DNA of 64,000 nt from Marsupella aquatica (Eukaryota; Plantae; Marchantiophyta), in the NCBI GenBank assembly GCA_973895155.1, contig OZ316894.1, forward strand, positions 23,744,709 through 23,808,708. Direction: 5' to 3'. A model generated the notes under the pieces. It was not told the origin of the DNA. It worked only from the letters and a program-made list of their open reading frames with translations, and did not search any database. Each line of letters begins with the position of its first letter. Positions within the stretch are counted from its first letter, which is position 1. The position numbers were made by a program, and so were the translations under genes. Below are positions 12,761 through 25,236 of this stretch, one piece after another.

Positions 12761-15700
12761 ATGGCGTTCAAGGGTCAGAGAGTGATGCTCTCACGGACGC
12801 TGGTGCCGCCAGATATTTTCGATATGCTACAAGGAGTGCTGAAGGTCAATGGAGCAGAGGTCTACCTCTGTTGCAATCCGGAGTTTAATTTGAGCACCGA
12901 CTTCCACGTTCTGCCTTCTGGCGAGAGTGTATGTCCATCTGCCTTTTTGTTGTTGTTTCAAATTGAAGTTCATTTCTCGACTACGGTAAATAATCCACAA
13001 TCCATGCTAGCTGGAACAGAGTTTTGGAATGGTTTATACATTTCATTCGTGTCACTCGTTTTACTCAATTATTCTTTCACTGGTCTGATTCTATTGAGGT
13101 ACTACTACTCCTCCACCTTCTTCACTGAACATGTGGAACTAGAACATTCAGATAACCTCCTTCTGATTTGATTGTGCAGGAAAAGTTCGCAGAGTTACAG
13201 GCACGGGGTTGCCAAATTGTAGGTGAGGTTAAGGTCCTCCCGTTTCCTCCTTTTGATTGTTCCTGACTAGTAGAGGCCCTGCGAGTAGGAGAATTTCGAG
13301 CTCGGCACTGAGGAACTCCATTCTTCGGTTTAGAAGTTGAGCTGAGGTTCAATGTAGTGGCTTCTTTTTGTTTCCGCTCAGTAGCAAGTTCTACATATAG
13401 TCGATTACTGACCGAAATTCCCTCAAGAACTTCTGTTTTACGTTTCCGCTGAGGAGGAATTCGTTGGGAGAGTCAATAGAGGCACGAAATTCCCGCAGGA
13501 GGAGGACTGAGAATGCTACTGCGTTGGTCATTCATTTTGGAAATCAGAGAGTAAAGAAAATTATATGTAAAAAGCGAACAGAATACTTAGCCCACGGGGA
13601 CGACTAGAACGACGAGAGGGATCCCTTTACAAAACGGATGGAAATGACGACCTTTGTTACGAGAATTTATGAAGAGACGAATCTTGATGACGGGCATTCG
13701 ATCACTTGACAGTCCTCTGCATCGTGTTAAAAAAGATCGCCATCTCAGCAAGAGATGAACACTCGAAGAGAATTGGAAGTTCAGGGTCACTCTCAATGGG
13801 CCTAAGATACAGAGAGGAACGAATTCATGCATTTGAAAATCCAAGTCACCAGTTTGAAACGAGAAAGAGGCGTTTAAGTCAATGATGTAGGACAGGATCC
13901 AAAGAAATGTCTAGTAGCGAACAAACGCTTTCCAAGAGTTGAAATATTCAAGATCCAGAGGTCCAACCTTAATTTTATGTTGAGGTTATAATTGCATTGC
14001 AGGTCCGGAGTGCATTCTTCGATGTGCTAAGGAGCGAAGAGGATTCCCGTCTTCACCTTACACATGCTGCTTGACATTTGACGGGATAAGAATCCTTTCA
14101 ACGGGATTTGAAGGGCCGGACAAGGTTATAGATTTGTTTTGTTGCATTTCTCTAGAGTAGAAACCTATTGCAGGCGAGATATTGGTGTGAAGCTCATATT
14201 CCTGCAACACGGACTGTATCTCATCACCTGTCTGAGCTTGGCACTGAGCCACAAGAAACTCCCGTCTTATGCTTTACATGTCGCTACAGTTACTCACGTC
14301 TTTTTTTTTGAGTCAATGTATGATCAGAAAAATTCCTTGGCATATATTTATCACGAGCCTATCGTTTACACCTCTGTCTAGGTCGGCTTCTTGTCATAGA
14401 ACTCGCTTCGCAGGCGCTCTACCAAGCTGCTAGTTTTCCTCCCGGGACGGTAGGGCTTAGTGTCCCTTCCACAATTGTCTTGACCTCGAAATATTCGTTC
14501 GTTCGAGTTCATCCATTCATAGCGAGTAAGTTAATCTGCTTTGTATTCTTGTGGCTGGCTCTCACCAAAACGCGTTGAAATGTTATTGTCCAGGCTCGCG
14601 TCCACCAACTGGTTATTGCAATGGGTGGGGAGTTTTGCACCAAAGCGTCTATGGATGTGGACTTCGTAATTGCAAAGGACGTTCTGGCTCCGAAATACAA
14701 GGTCCGAAATTACCTCCAAATCCAAGTTCATTGCTGACAATGGGTGCTGGTGACTCTACCGATGTGACAGGTTTTCTTCCTTCACGGGTTCACAGGAGAA
14801 ATTTGGTACCTTCTTAGTAGCTGGCCGTGATGTCAAATTTGATACATGGCCGGATATTGTATGCAAGATCGTAGACTGCTAGGCTAATAATGTTCTACTA
14901 TTTAACGATTTTTCATCAGAAGTGCTTGCTGGCAAGAATGTGCTGTTTGTCGCTTGAAATCGTTTTTTTGCATGATCATCGATCAGTTAACTTTGCACAC
15001 GTTATCTTTTCCCAACGCTTAGCCCTTACCTTAGTTCAAGGCGAGTGAAGTTGCTATCTGTAGGTGATGTTGCCTGTTATAACTAGGTTGCCCATTCCCT
15101 TCCGTGTAGCTTTTACCGATCAATCAATATCTTGGCCTCCAATAATAACGAAAGCAATATCTGTTTGCGGTAATGATCAGTGGGCAGCATTTACATTGCG
15201 GAAACCCATTCTCAACGTTCAGTGGCTATGGCATTGTTCTCGTGAACATCGGCGTGTTCCTCTTGAGCCCTACAGGCTGCCTATATTTACAGGCATCATA
15301 ATATGCACCAGTGGAATATTACTGGGTAAGTTTCTTAAATACTTTCTGTTTGTGAAATATGTCATTCATTTTATGGTCGAGGCCATCGCATACAGTACGA
15401 GTTGTGTCGATTGTGGCTCGTTTTAAGTACACTTTTCCTTACTTGGGGAAGAGCATGTCGTGTCCGTCCATGTGAATGCCGACTTTCATGTGCAATCAGA
15501 TGATTTCGTCTCAAGATTGAGTATTGATGTTCGACTGTCTGGAAACCTTATGCTCTTTTTGACCCTGGATCAGAGCAGTGGAATAGGATTGCTGAACTTG
15601 TCAAGCAGAACGGGGGCACTTTCAGGGCAAACCTCACAAGAGAGTGCACGCATTTGATTGCCAAAATATCCTCCCTTCAAAATAATTCGTTTGCTTTTGC

Positions 15701-18700
15701 CATTTGTATCAAGAATCGGCACTGGCGTAGCGTTTTGGTAGCAGTTTGCTGTTGCAATGGACTTTACTCTCCTACAAATGGTGGCACTTCCTTAAGTGGA
15801 TTCACTCGGCAGAAAGCGACAAATTCAAGGTGGTGAAGCTGCACTGGTGCCACGTTAAGTGCGTGAATGAAGATTGGTTCTGGAACAGTCTGTCAGAGAA
15901 GGGTACTTTCATTCCCATCCTGTTTAATTAACTGTCTTTCAATTGCGTGTTTGTGTCGGTGTACTGCCCGTATGCTGCCCAGTTTGCAAGTGGGAATTCA
16001 ATTCTTCATATCAAACAGATTGCAGTCTGGAATCCTTACCATTTCTTCACGGACTGCCTGAGAATATCGTTTGGAAATTGGAAGTCCCTCACCAGAAAAA
16101 CTGTCGAGAGAGAATCCAGCAGAGCATTCTGCTTGTCTGGAGGAGGCATCCTCTGTTGGACTTGAAACTAAAACTATAAATTTTCGGCCATTGCTCAAAG
16201 CTTGTAAAACGCATCCCGACCTCCTAAACGAAGCCCTCGTGCCTTTATTTAGAACAATTCCCTTCTGGGAGGTCTTCAACTTACACAATGTCTTTACTTT
16301 TTTTGTGAGGGGAATCAAGCGTTACTTCTTATTGTCTGTTGGTATTTCCACACTTCAATCTATTCTCATCTTTCGAAACAGTGTCTCTGATTACTGCTAT
16401 TTGTCGGATGGACCACGATGGATCTCCTCTTTATGAAGACTTTGAGTCTTTATTTCTGGTGTAGTCCATATCTATATCCAAGTGTCTTGGTATCCCGTTA
16501 ACATCAAGCATTTTCAGTATTGGACGGTGTCCATATTTCGTCTAATGGAGAGCTCTTGGTCTCTGCAGTTTGCCTTGACGAAAGCTCTTATGCTGTCCAA
16601 GGCACCGGTACAAGTCATGTCTCAAAGGTTAATCCGGTCCCATTTGGACGACCACCCTTCCAAGACGAATTGAAACAAAATGCCATACTTTCTGCTCCGG
16701 TCCCTACTGCTGTAGTATGTTCTGATACTACAGCAGTAGAACGTTGCCTACTGTCGACTTCTGTAGAACATTGCTTTCTAATAGACGGAGACACTCACGG
16801 TCAGCAAGGCGAGCAACTGGCAGCTTCCGGTGAAGGAGAGCAAATGTATATGTCGGGCTGTCGATTATATTTGGCAGGCTTTGCGTCGGATGAGATGCGA
16901 AGGCTGCTGCATATGGTCTTGAGTGGTGGTGGCACTAGATACATGGAATGCAATGATAGAGTTACCCATGTGGTCCTCGGAAAGCCTTCGGACAGGTGAG
17001 GGGTACTTTTTAATGTCCTACTATAAGCTCATCAACAAATCATTTACGATTAGAGTACGATATTCGAGTGCAAGATACAAATCCATTGCTAAAGTACTTT
17101 GTGATTCAGATTTGTGAGCTTCGGTGGACATCTGCAGTTGATTGAGCTTGCTGGAAGTGCCATGAATATCCATCTAGAGGTGGACCAGAGGAACAGAATA
17201 GTCTTGGCACTATGACAGGAACTTGGGTTTCGGGAGAAACAACGTGGATCAGATTTTCTTATTTGTTTTTCGTTTCTAGTGAGTTGAAGGCCGTCCGACA
17301 ACACGCTTTGTGGGGTGCAGTTCATATTGTTATGCCAACATGGTTGGAAGAATGCACACGTTATAGAAGGGAAGTGGCTGTGAGTGCACAGTTCATTGTA
17401 CCACAAGCTCTTCTTTCGCGCGACTCCCACTGGAAAGCAGGTATCGCATTCTTTACTCTATCCAAGTTCTAAGCTCTTACAAAATTCGAATACGATGTGT
17501 TCCGGTCGCTTCTAGAATGAAAGCCTTCCAATTATCGGTTGTCCATTGAATAACACATGCTGTGAGTATATTGAGGACCAGGTCAACCCAGTCTCCCTTA
17601 CCCATAGATTGCCAAGGAGTCGTATTCTGTGGCTTTTTTCAAGTTGAACTTTGTCGAGGAGGTGGATTGGATCGACTATTATGATTTTTACGGACCTGCC
17701 TAAGCCCCCCAATATGATAGGTCCGTAAAGGTCGTGGTACTCAGTCCAATCCACTTCCTCTAGAAGATCTAACTTGACAAAAGCTAGAGAATAAGACTCC
17801 TCGTCCTCCTCGGCAATCCATGCGAGACTGGACTTTGAAAGATGACCTGATCCTCAACGAACTCACTACGACACCAGACCAAATCAAAACTCCACAGCTC
17901 TGCTGATTGGTCTCGAAATCAAAAAGAACTCTTCCGCACTAAGGGAGCATCCCTTCCCTGTCTCATGCCTAGGAATTTTTTAATAGTTCGGCTCTTTTTT
18001 AATAGTTACTTACTGAGAACTCCATTCAGAGAAACAGCATATAACGGAGGGAGCCCAAAAGAGGATGGCGCCCGAGGCGGGCGAAAGGTCGAAGTCCTAC
18101 GCATAACCTGATTATGTCAGTGAAAACTAATGACATCTTTCTCGTTGAATGTTATTACAGGTCGAAACAAGACAATACTGGTCGATGAGAAGAAGTCAGC
18201 GATAGACAGTAGGGGAGCAAGTGTATTGCCAAAAACGTTTTGCGATGATTCTGAGGCACAACCAGATTCTGGCCAAGAATTTACAACTTCTCAAAGTAAA
18301 GACGCTTCACAACAACAATTGAACACGTTGGCATCAAACCCTGCTAGTCACCCACGGCGAGGTAGTGCCAATGAAAAACAACATCACACCTGTATTCAAT
18401 TTCCTATTAAGCAACTGTTATTTTTCATAAGCAGCCAAATGCTAGATCAGATTTTATTCTTGCCAACGAAACTGGTTCTCAGGAACCTATGGTGAATCTT
18501 GATATTAGATGTTCGTGATTAGAAATCAGGTTCCCTCACAAGCCCTCAAACTTCAAATCCGGGACTCTTAGCTCCCGTGATAAGAACAGGACATCTGCCT
18601 CAAGAGCTAATGAAGCATGACATGACAAGTAGTGCAGGTTGTGAAGATACGGGATATGAGCCAAGTAAGACAACTAGTTCTTTACATATGAGTTCTGAAG

Positions 18701-21700
18701 GGAAGGACGGGGTATTTCAAGGACTTGTCTTTGCATTTTCTCCCTCTTTTGAAGCTTGCATGGTAAGTTTGATATGATTTGTGCTAAATCAAGGCCAACT
18801 TTCAGTAACTTCAAGTTTACAATGTATGTTCCGATCTTTTGAACGGTGGTCTCTCCCGAGGATTCATGTTGACTTTCATTTCCTGAAACTTTCATCTGAA
18901 ATGATAACCTGACGCAACCTATGCAGCAGCAAGGCTTGTTGAGTGTTGGACTATGTTCTTACCTTTATTGAATAAGAACTTGTTCTATGCCCTGTATTTG
19001 TCCGCCATACAGAGAGCAGAAGTTGTCGAATGGGTGTTGGAAGGTGGAGGTGTATTAAGGGGAAGAGACGACAAAAGTATACTGGATGGAATACTGAGTG
19101 CAGAGTTCGTGATTTCTCCACACGGATTAACGAGAGATCCTCGTTTCAAGTCAAATTTTAGAAGTGTAACTACTCAATGGATCAAGTATTGTCTAGAGGT
19201 AGGAGCACTCGGAATTTCTAATTCCTCTATCGCAGTTCGTGTTCGATGTTTGACTAATGGTACTGTCTGACACATTCGCAAGCTTTCTCTGAAGTACCTT
19301 TGATCCCGTGGTTCCGTTGTTATATATTTGCCGATTGACCAAAACAATTACCTGATACTGGATACCTCCTGTTGTGTTGTAATAGGAGGGTACGCTACTT
19401 GACATCAACAGCCATATACTCTTTCAGCCCCTAAGCTGTGAAGTTCCCTTGCCTGGATTTCAGACCTTGAGGTTTGCCGCTACACAATATGCGGACAGGG
19501 AAAGAATATTGCTCTACAATCTCTGCCATGTACTAGGGGCTAAGTATCAGGAGAAGGTAATGAACAGAAGAGCAACGCACCTCTTGTGCAAGGTCTGCGA
19601 CGGAGAGAAGTATGAAGCTGCATTACAATGGGGTGTTGAAATTGTCACCGCAGAATGGCTGTATGCCTGTGTGGCTCAAGTAAGTAGCTTTTCTGTTTCA
19701 TTGCCATGATAGCTTCAACGTCGGTAGTGACGACTTTCGTGCCGAGAAAGCAGTGGGAGGACAATTGGCGAAAATGTAGACTTCTAGTGAATAGCTTTGT
19801 AGTTGTGATGCATTTGGCTAATCGCTTAATAGGATTGACAAGAGTAAAGCTTTTTGCTGAACAAGCGTCAGACGAAGAGCCCTATGCAGTAAGAAATTGT
19901 AATAGGGTGGGATGCTATGTGAATGGGTAATATCTTATCCTTCCTACACTTATCCTCTCTTCTCGCACTCGCTGGTGCTCACATTGCTGTTCTACAGAAC
20001 ATGGTTGTAGCTGCAGAACCTTACCGACCAGAGAAGTTGACTGCAGCAGGAAAGGAGGCTGGATTGGCAATACCAACACAATACTCTCGTCAGTTGACGT
20101 CCCATGACAGTAGCTTTCCAGACATTGAGAGATGCTTAGCGGAAAGTAATGCAAAAGTTCCCTTATCTGCCAAAGAAAACGAAATTGGGAGAGTTGAGAC
20201 GAAAGGTAGAGTCAAATGAACTTTCTCTTGAAGTTTTCTTTGAAAATGGGATTGTTCGTGTAGCAGGTGGCGAGGGAAGAAGTATATACGATGATGGATT
20301 CATTATTACTTCAGTGCCTTACTTTACAAAATGTCGGATCATCGTAATTGATAAACAGGAAAGACGGGAAACCTCAAGAAGAAGTCAAGTTTACGAGGAA
20401 GGTTGCAGGCCCTTCAATGCAACAGACCTTGTTTGACTTCACAAAATGGCGGTAACCTTGACCCATGGGATGAATTAACAGCCTCTTGGAAAAACGGCGG
20501 TGCGACAAGGGGACCCGCTACAAGATCTAAAAAAAAAGCAGTCACTTCTGTAAAAGTGTTGTCTAATGTGCCAGATGACTCAGGACTCGCTAAGACACAG
20601 CGAGATTTCCATAATACTATGCAAGAAGGAGACAGACCCACTGATGGAAGTCAAGGCACTGAACATCATCGGCATGTCCAGATTTCATTAGAACAGGAAA
20701 ATTCAGCTGATCCGATTGGATTCGAGAATGAGGAGGATGAGTCTGGCAGAGACGTTGCTGCTGCTATTGAGGGACTTCTTGCACAAACAAGCAAGGTACG
20801 GATGACTTTCTATTTCTCATCGTCACTGCAGATTTTTTGTCTTCTGGTATCCTCTGTTTTTCACATTTGGCACTGCCATCGTAACCTGTGGCTTGCATTG
20901 CAGGTCCAAAGTGAGGATGCTTCCAGAAATCCTGAAGGAGATCGAGATGTATCCTCGTTTTCATTGCATGAAGTTATAGAAAGCATGAGCAACAAGAGAC
21001 AGAGACAATCTTAGAGTTTCATTTTATTTGCATGAGCAACTTCTTAATTTACATTCCAAACTTGCTAGTCACGATTTAGTACTTCAGAAGAACAATGCAA
21101 CGTTGGTCTTTGACGGTAAATACAGCTTCTCTCACATGATACTGTAAACCTGGGTCGGAGGAATGTGGGGGAAATGCGTGAAGTAGTTAATTCCAAACGG
21201 CCAAAGCATGTGACTGACAGGTCTGGTACAAGGTCAAAATTCCATTTCCCCAGTATCCAGGGTCTCCGGCTCCACTCATGGCTCTTGTCTGAGTTTTATG
21301 TCTTCCCTGGTGAACCTCTTTAGTTCCAATATCACGTTCATCACAGTTTCTTGGTTACTTCGTGTTGCGTTACGGAATTAAACCCAGGCATCTAAAACAG
21401 TTTGGTTAGAGATGCCTTCAAACAAGCTTCTCTCAGCCTTTCTCTCCCACCTTGTAGCAACCTGACAATGGGCTTTTTAATTTCAGATCTATTGACAGTG
21501 GTGAGCAGCCCGTGCAATCTTCTTCTCCGCCGGACGATAATCATGAGAATTTCGACGAGTCGCAAATGGACTCTCAGGTATGGTACCATTTGCTTCTGTA
21601 ATATTGTGTTTGTTTCCTCTGACTTAGTATTTTGTGACTAGACGTCTATGTGATCGCCACCTGCCTTCAATGTGGCCTTCAGATAATTCTGTGTGTCAAG

Positions 21701-22215
21701 CGTTGATGGTAAGGGTGACAAATGTGTGAATAATTTGAGATCCATAACTGTGTTCATAAAGATCAAAGACATCTTCTGAAGCTTAGTTTGCTAGCACAAA
21801 GGAAAGCCCAAGCATTCTCCTCGAGCATATAATCACTGACCTTGCTATGGAGCACTTCCGAAATCTCAGAAGGATTGAACTTCTCGACTCAAATCTTTAA
21901 TTATTGATTTCCCATAGATGCTCCGTGATCTATCATAGAAGTCTCGTTATTCTTAACAGTACCAACAGCTTATTGCATCTCTGATAAGCTGCTCACTCAT
22001 TCCTCTGTGTGAGCGGATCGCATAAATTCAACGTGTGTGCTTCACAGGTTGCTTACGATGAAGATCACTCTGAGAAACAAAAGATCATCGAGCGAGTGCG
22101 GACAAGGAGTATGGCAACTCGCTCTGGCTTTGGAGAAAACGTGCAACGGAAAGACATGTCCTGGAATACCCTCGAGTTAAATCGCCTGTTGAAAGCAGCT
22201 GATGCAAATAAGTAA
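12761..22215 (+). CDS. MEI1: BRCT-repeat DNA replication/checkpoint scaffold, TOPBP1/MEI1 homolog
   Basis: N-terminus FKGQRVMLSRTLVPPDIFD...LCCNP and C-terminus ESQMDSQVAYDED...IIERVRTRS resemble plant MEI1/TOPBP1. Phase-consistent exons: 12761-12928, 13180-13222, 14003-14124, 14594-14701, 15181-15325, 15574-15665, 15806-15902, 16569-16995, 17280-17440, 18161-18361, 18530-18762, 19013-19198, 19386-19679, 19998-20205, 20359-20795, 20904-20948, 21126-21220, 21487-21577, 22048-22215. Boundaries in the low-complexity middle are less certain. BRCT motifs include THLIA, THVVLG, THLLC...W. Confidence 0.92.
15666..15805 (+). other. U12-type AT-AC intron in MEI1/TOPBP1
   Basis: 5' site ATATCCTC, branch TTCCTTAAG (15788-15796), 3' end TTCAC. 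Removal joins CTHLIAK to SAESDKFKVV in frame. Confidence 0.88.
20949..21125 (+). other. Probable U12-type GT-AG intron in MEI1/TOPBP1
   Basis: 5' site GTATCCTC; branch-like GTCTTTGAC (21106-21114) 11 nt before the acceptor; no polypyrimidine tract; phase 0 fits both neighbouring exons. Confidence 0.7.
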
Positions 22216-23496
22216 CTTGTTGTAAATATGATGGACATTCATTAAAGCACAGGTAGGAAATTTTCTGAATTCATTTTTTACAATTAAGGGTTTCATTCTT
22301 CTTAGCCATTTTGTACACATTGTGATGACACCCCAAAATCAGGAGTAGAGGTAACCCTTTCTGATACCCCAAAAATTAGAAATACAGTGTAAGCCCTTTC
22401 CCACACTAAGGAATACGTTTGGCCATTCTGGTTCACCCATGACTTGTACTTAATATTAGTAGATGGTATTCAAGGAAACTGGCCAAAATGTTCTCCTGGG
22501 TATTTTTTGCTTTTTAACAGGAGTACACTGAAATGTCAGTGGTTACATCTGCATCACAATGTTTTGTCATTGTCTCACAAGCATCTCAAAATATTGTCTT
22601 TCAGGTCCAAAATCTTAATAACCTTTATACCTTTCCAGAATATAGTGCAGTGTCATGTAAATGAATTCTCCAAATTTCTCCAAATATTAAAAAATGTGTA
22701 TCCTTACAAAATAAACCACAACAATCTAAGCAAGCGTACGTATGCAATAGCTTCGAAACATTTTAAACGGGAATGGGATGTGAAAAGCCGTCTATCTCCT
22801 TTACCATAGTGTTGACTCCATCTCTATTTTCATTATAAAGAGGAATGGATGTGCAAAGCTTGGGATTTCTTCAGCATGGTGTTTACTGAATGAGAGCTAC
22901 GGGTTACCCGTAGCCCTTTATAGAGGTGTGGTTTAAGGGAAAGAGACTATCGCAATCATCCTAGTTGAAGTGACAGATTTCAGAATTCCACCCACGGCAA
23001 AGTCAATTCTCTGGGAAAGAACTACACCACCTGGGGAAGGCAACTTCTCCTGCAACTTCTCCCGCTACCAAAGGATACCAACATCGTATCCATTAAACAA
23101 CAAGTAACCATAATGAAGTTCAAAGATGAAAAATCCAAGCGATCTAAACTTCCTTAACAGCATCCGCAACGACATTCTTGCTTGAGTAAGATCCCGGTAA
23201 CATAAACTCTTTATATTACCCCGTTAATCCAGTCGTCCCACAACCTTAGGATTGACATCTGCAGCCAAAGGCAACCTACGTACCGCAACGCACATACGCA
23301 AGCACTACCCTGTAGAGCTTAATCGGAAAGATCTCTCCATTCATCGAAGAGCTATACATCTCAACGATCAGGTCCATCCGGGAGTCTATATGTCTCAGTT
23401 ATCAGAGTTCAACATACTGCTCTGTGCGATTACGGATCGATAGTAGAAGTCTCAAAATGTGTTACAAATTTTTTGTCAAAACCCGCACTGACTGAA

Positions 23497-23730
23497 GCAC
23501 CACTTTTTCGAATAGGTTCAGCGTTAGAGTAATCGGCCCGAATCATTGGATCATTATATACAAGCCAACTCATGGAAAACGTATTAAGATGAGCAATTTG
23601 CAAGCACGCCGCACCACTTTTGTGAATAGGTTCAGCGTTAGAGTAATCATTGCCCCGAACCATTGGATCATTATATGCAAGTCAACTCATGGAAAATGTA
23701 TTAAGATGAGCAATTTGCAAGTACGCCGTA
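23497..23730. repeat. Tandem duplication, ~113-bp unit x2
   Basis: CACCACTTTT..GAATAGGTTCAGCGTTAGAGTAATC...AAGATGAGCAATTTGCAAG occurs twice. Confidence 0.85.
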
Positions 23731-23889
23731 TCATTGAAAGGGAAACTATGCTTGAAAGGCAGAGTCCAGGAACGTGCTCCGAGTTTTCAAGCTTGGGAAA
23801 ACCCTGGCAGTAAACTGTATATAAAGAATAATGAATGTATGTACATGAGGCCCTATCTATGTTATGGTCGGGCTTCCACACATGATGGG

Positions 23890-24200
23890 GAAAGTTGGTT
23901 GACCTGGTATTTATCCTCTGTCCATCAAGAAGTTAGTCTTCAAGTGAGCAAAACACATGGCAGGAAAGTTGGTCGCCTTGTCATCCTGGTTCAATCCTCT
24001 CTTGAGCAAAGTTGGTTGATTTGTGAACCTGGTATTTATCCTTTGTCCATCAAGAAGTTAGTCTTCAAGTGAGCAAAACACATGACAAGAAAGTTGGTCG
24101 CCTTGTCATCCTGGTTCAATCCTCTCTTGAGCACTTGAGCGGTCCACTGAGCAAAACACATGACTGAAAAGTTGATCGCCTTGTGACCCTGGTTTAATTC
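23890..24200. repeat. Tandem repeat, ~126-bp unit x~2.5
   Basis: AAAGTTGGTTGA...CCATCAAGAAGTTAGTCTTCAAGTGAGCAAAACACATG...CCTGGTTCAATCCTCTCTTGAGC is repeated. Confidence 0.85.
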
Positions 24201-25236
24201 TCTGCCCCTCCGATACTGGATCTACTGGGTAAGTGGACTACTGTACCTGACAGAATTGCATACCCCTATGATAATCATCTAGGATGGATAGATCTCCTTT
24301 CGGTTCAAGGGAAAGAAAAGTCCAGCTGCTGATTTCATATCTTTCGTTTTATTAACTGTGTGTACAACAAGTACACTGAAAACCAGTGATTCACATGTGT
24401 GATGCATTCCATTCTCGCCGAAACTCTGAGAGATTATTCTCGCTTTGACCAACTCGGCTGAAAACCCACAAAGGAGGTGATTCGTACAGCTGATGGCTTC
24501 CATTCTCACTGCAACTCTCAAAGATTATCCTCTTTGTCCGATTAGGCTGAAAATCGACCAGGCAGGTGGTTCATACGGTTGATGTATTCGACTCTCTCAA
24601 TGAAAGTCTGAGAGATCGATCGAGTCAGCGAACGCCATAATGAAAGAGGCTTTGTATGACTGCATTCCTCGTTGACTGGAGTGGCTCAGAAGTGCTTGCT
24701 TTCATTTTGGTGCAGAAAGTCCTTCATTGATGCACTCGATAGGCAACGAGACCGAAAATGAAGACCATGTGTTGGGGGAAGGGAATGTTAATAGAGAGCC
24801 TCTTGTCTCGGTGTCTGTGAAGAACTCGCTTCTGGACGGTAGTGTGCAAAAACATGAAAATCTGTCACGCAGAAACATGTGATCGTAAGCTTGCTTTCAT
24901 CCTGCCCCAGATAAGCTACATCACAAGAGGTACTCCTCACAGGAGGAAAATAGCAATGTTGACGACCAAGAATGAATGGATGCTAGGTTTTAATTGTAGG
25001 AAATTTAACAATACAATGGAAGTAACTCATATCTCATCATCTCATCGGACAGTCGGCCATCCTTGGTATGGGAAACTACTTTTAATCCTCTCAAATGTAG
25101 AGAGAATTGCAGACTTCTCAAATCCCAGCTGTGAACCACTCACTCCTCTGTACTCGTTGTCTGATCGCCACAGGTCATCGAAGGTTTGCTCACACTTCCT
25201 TAAAGCCCTGCTGCTCCCTTTGCCAGGAAGGCACCA

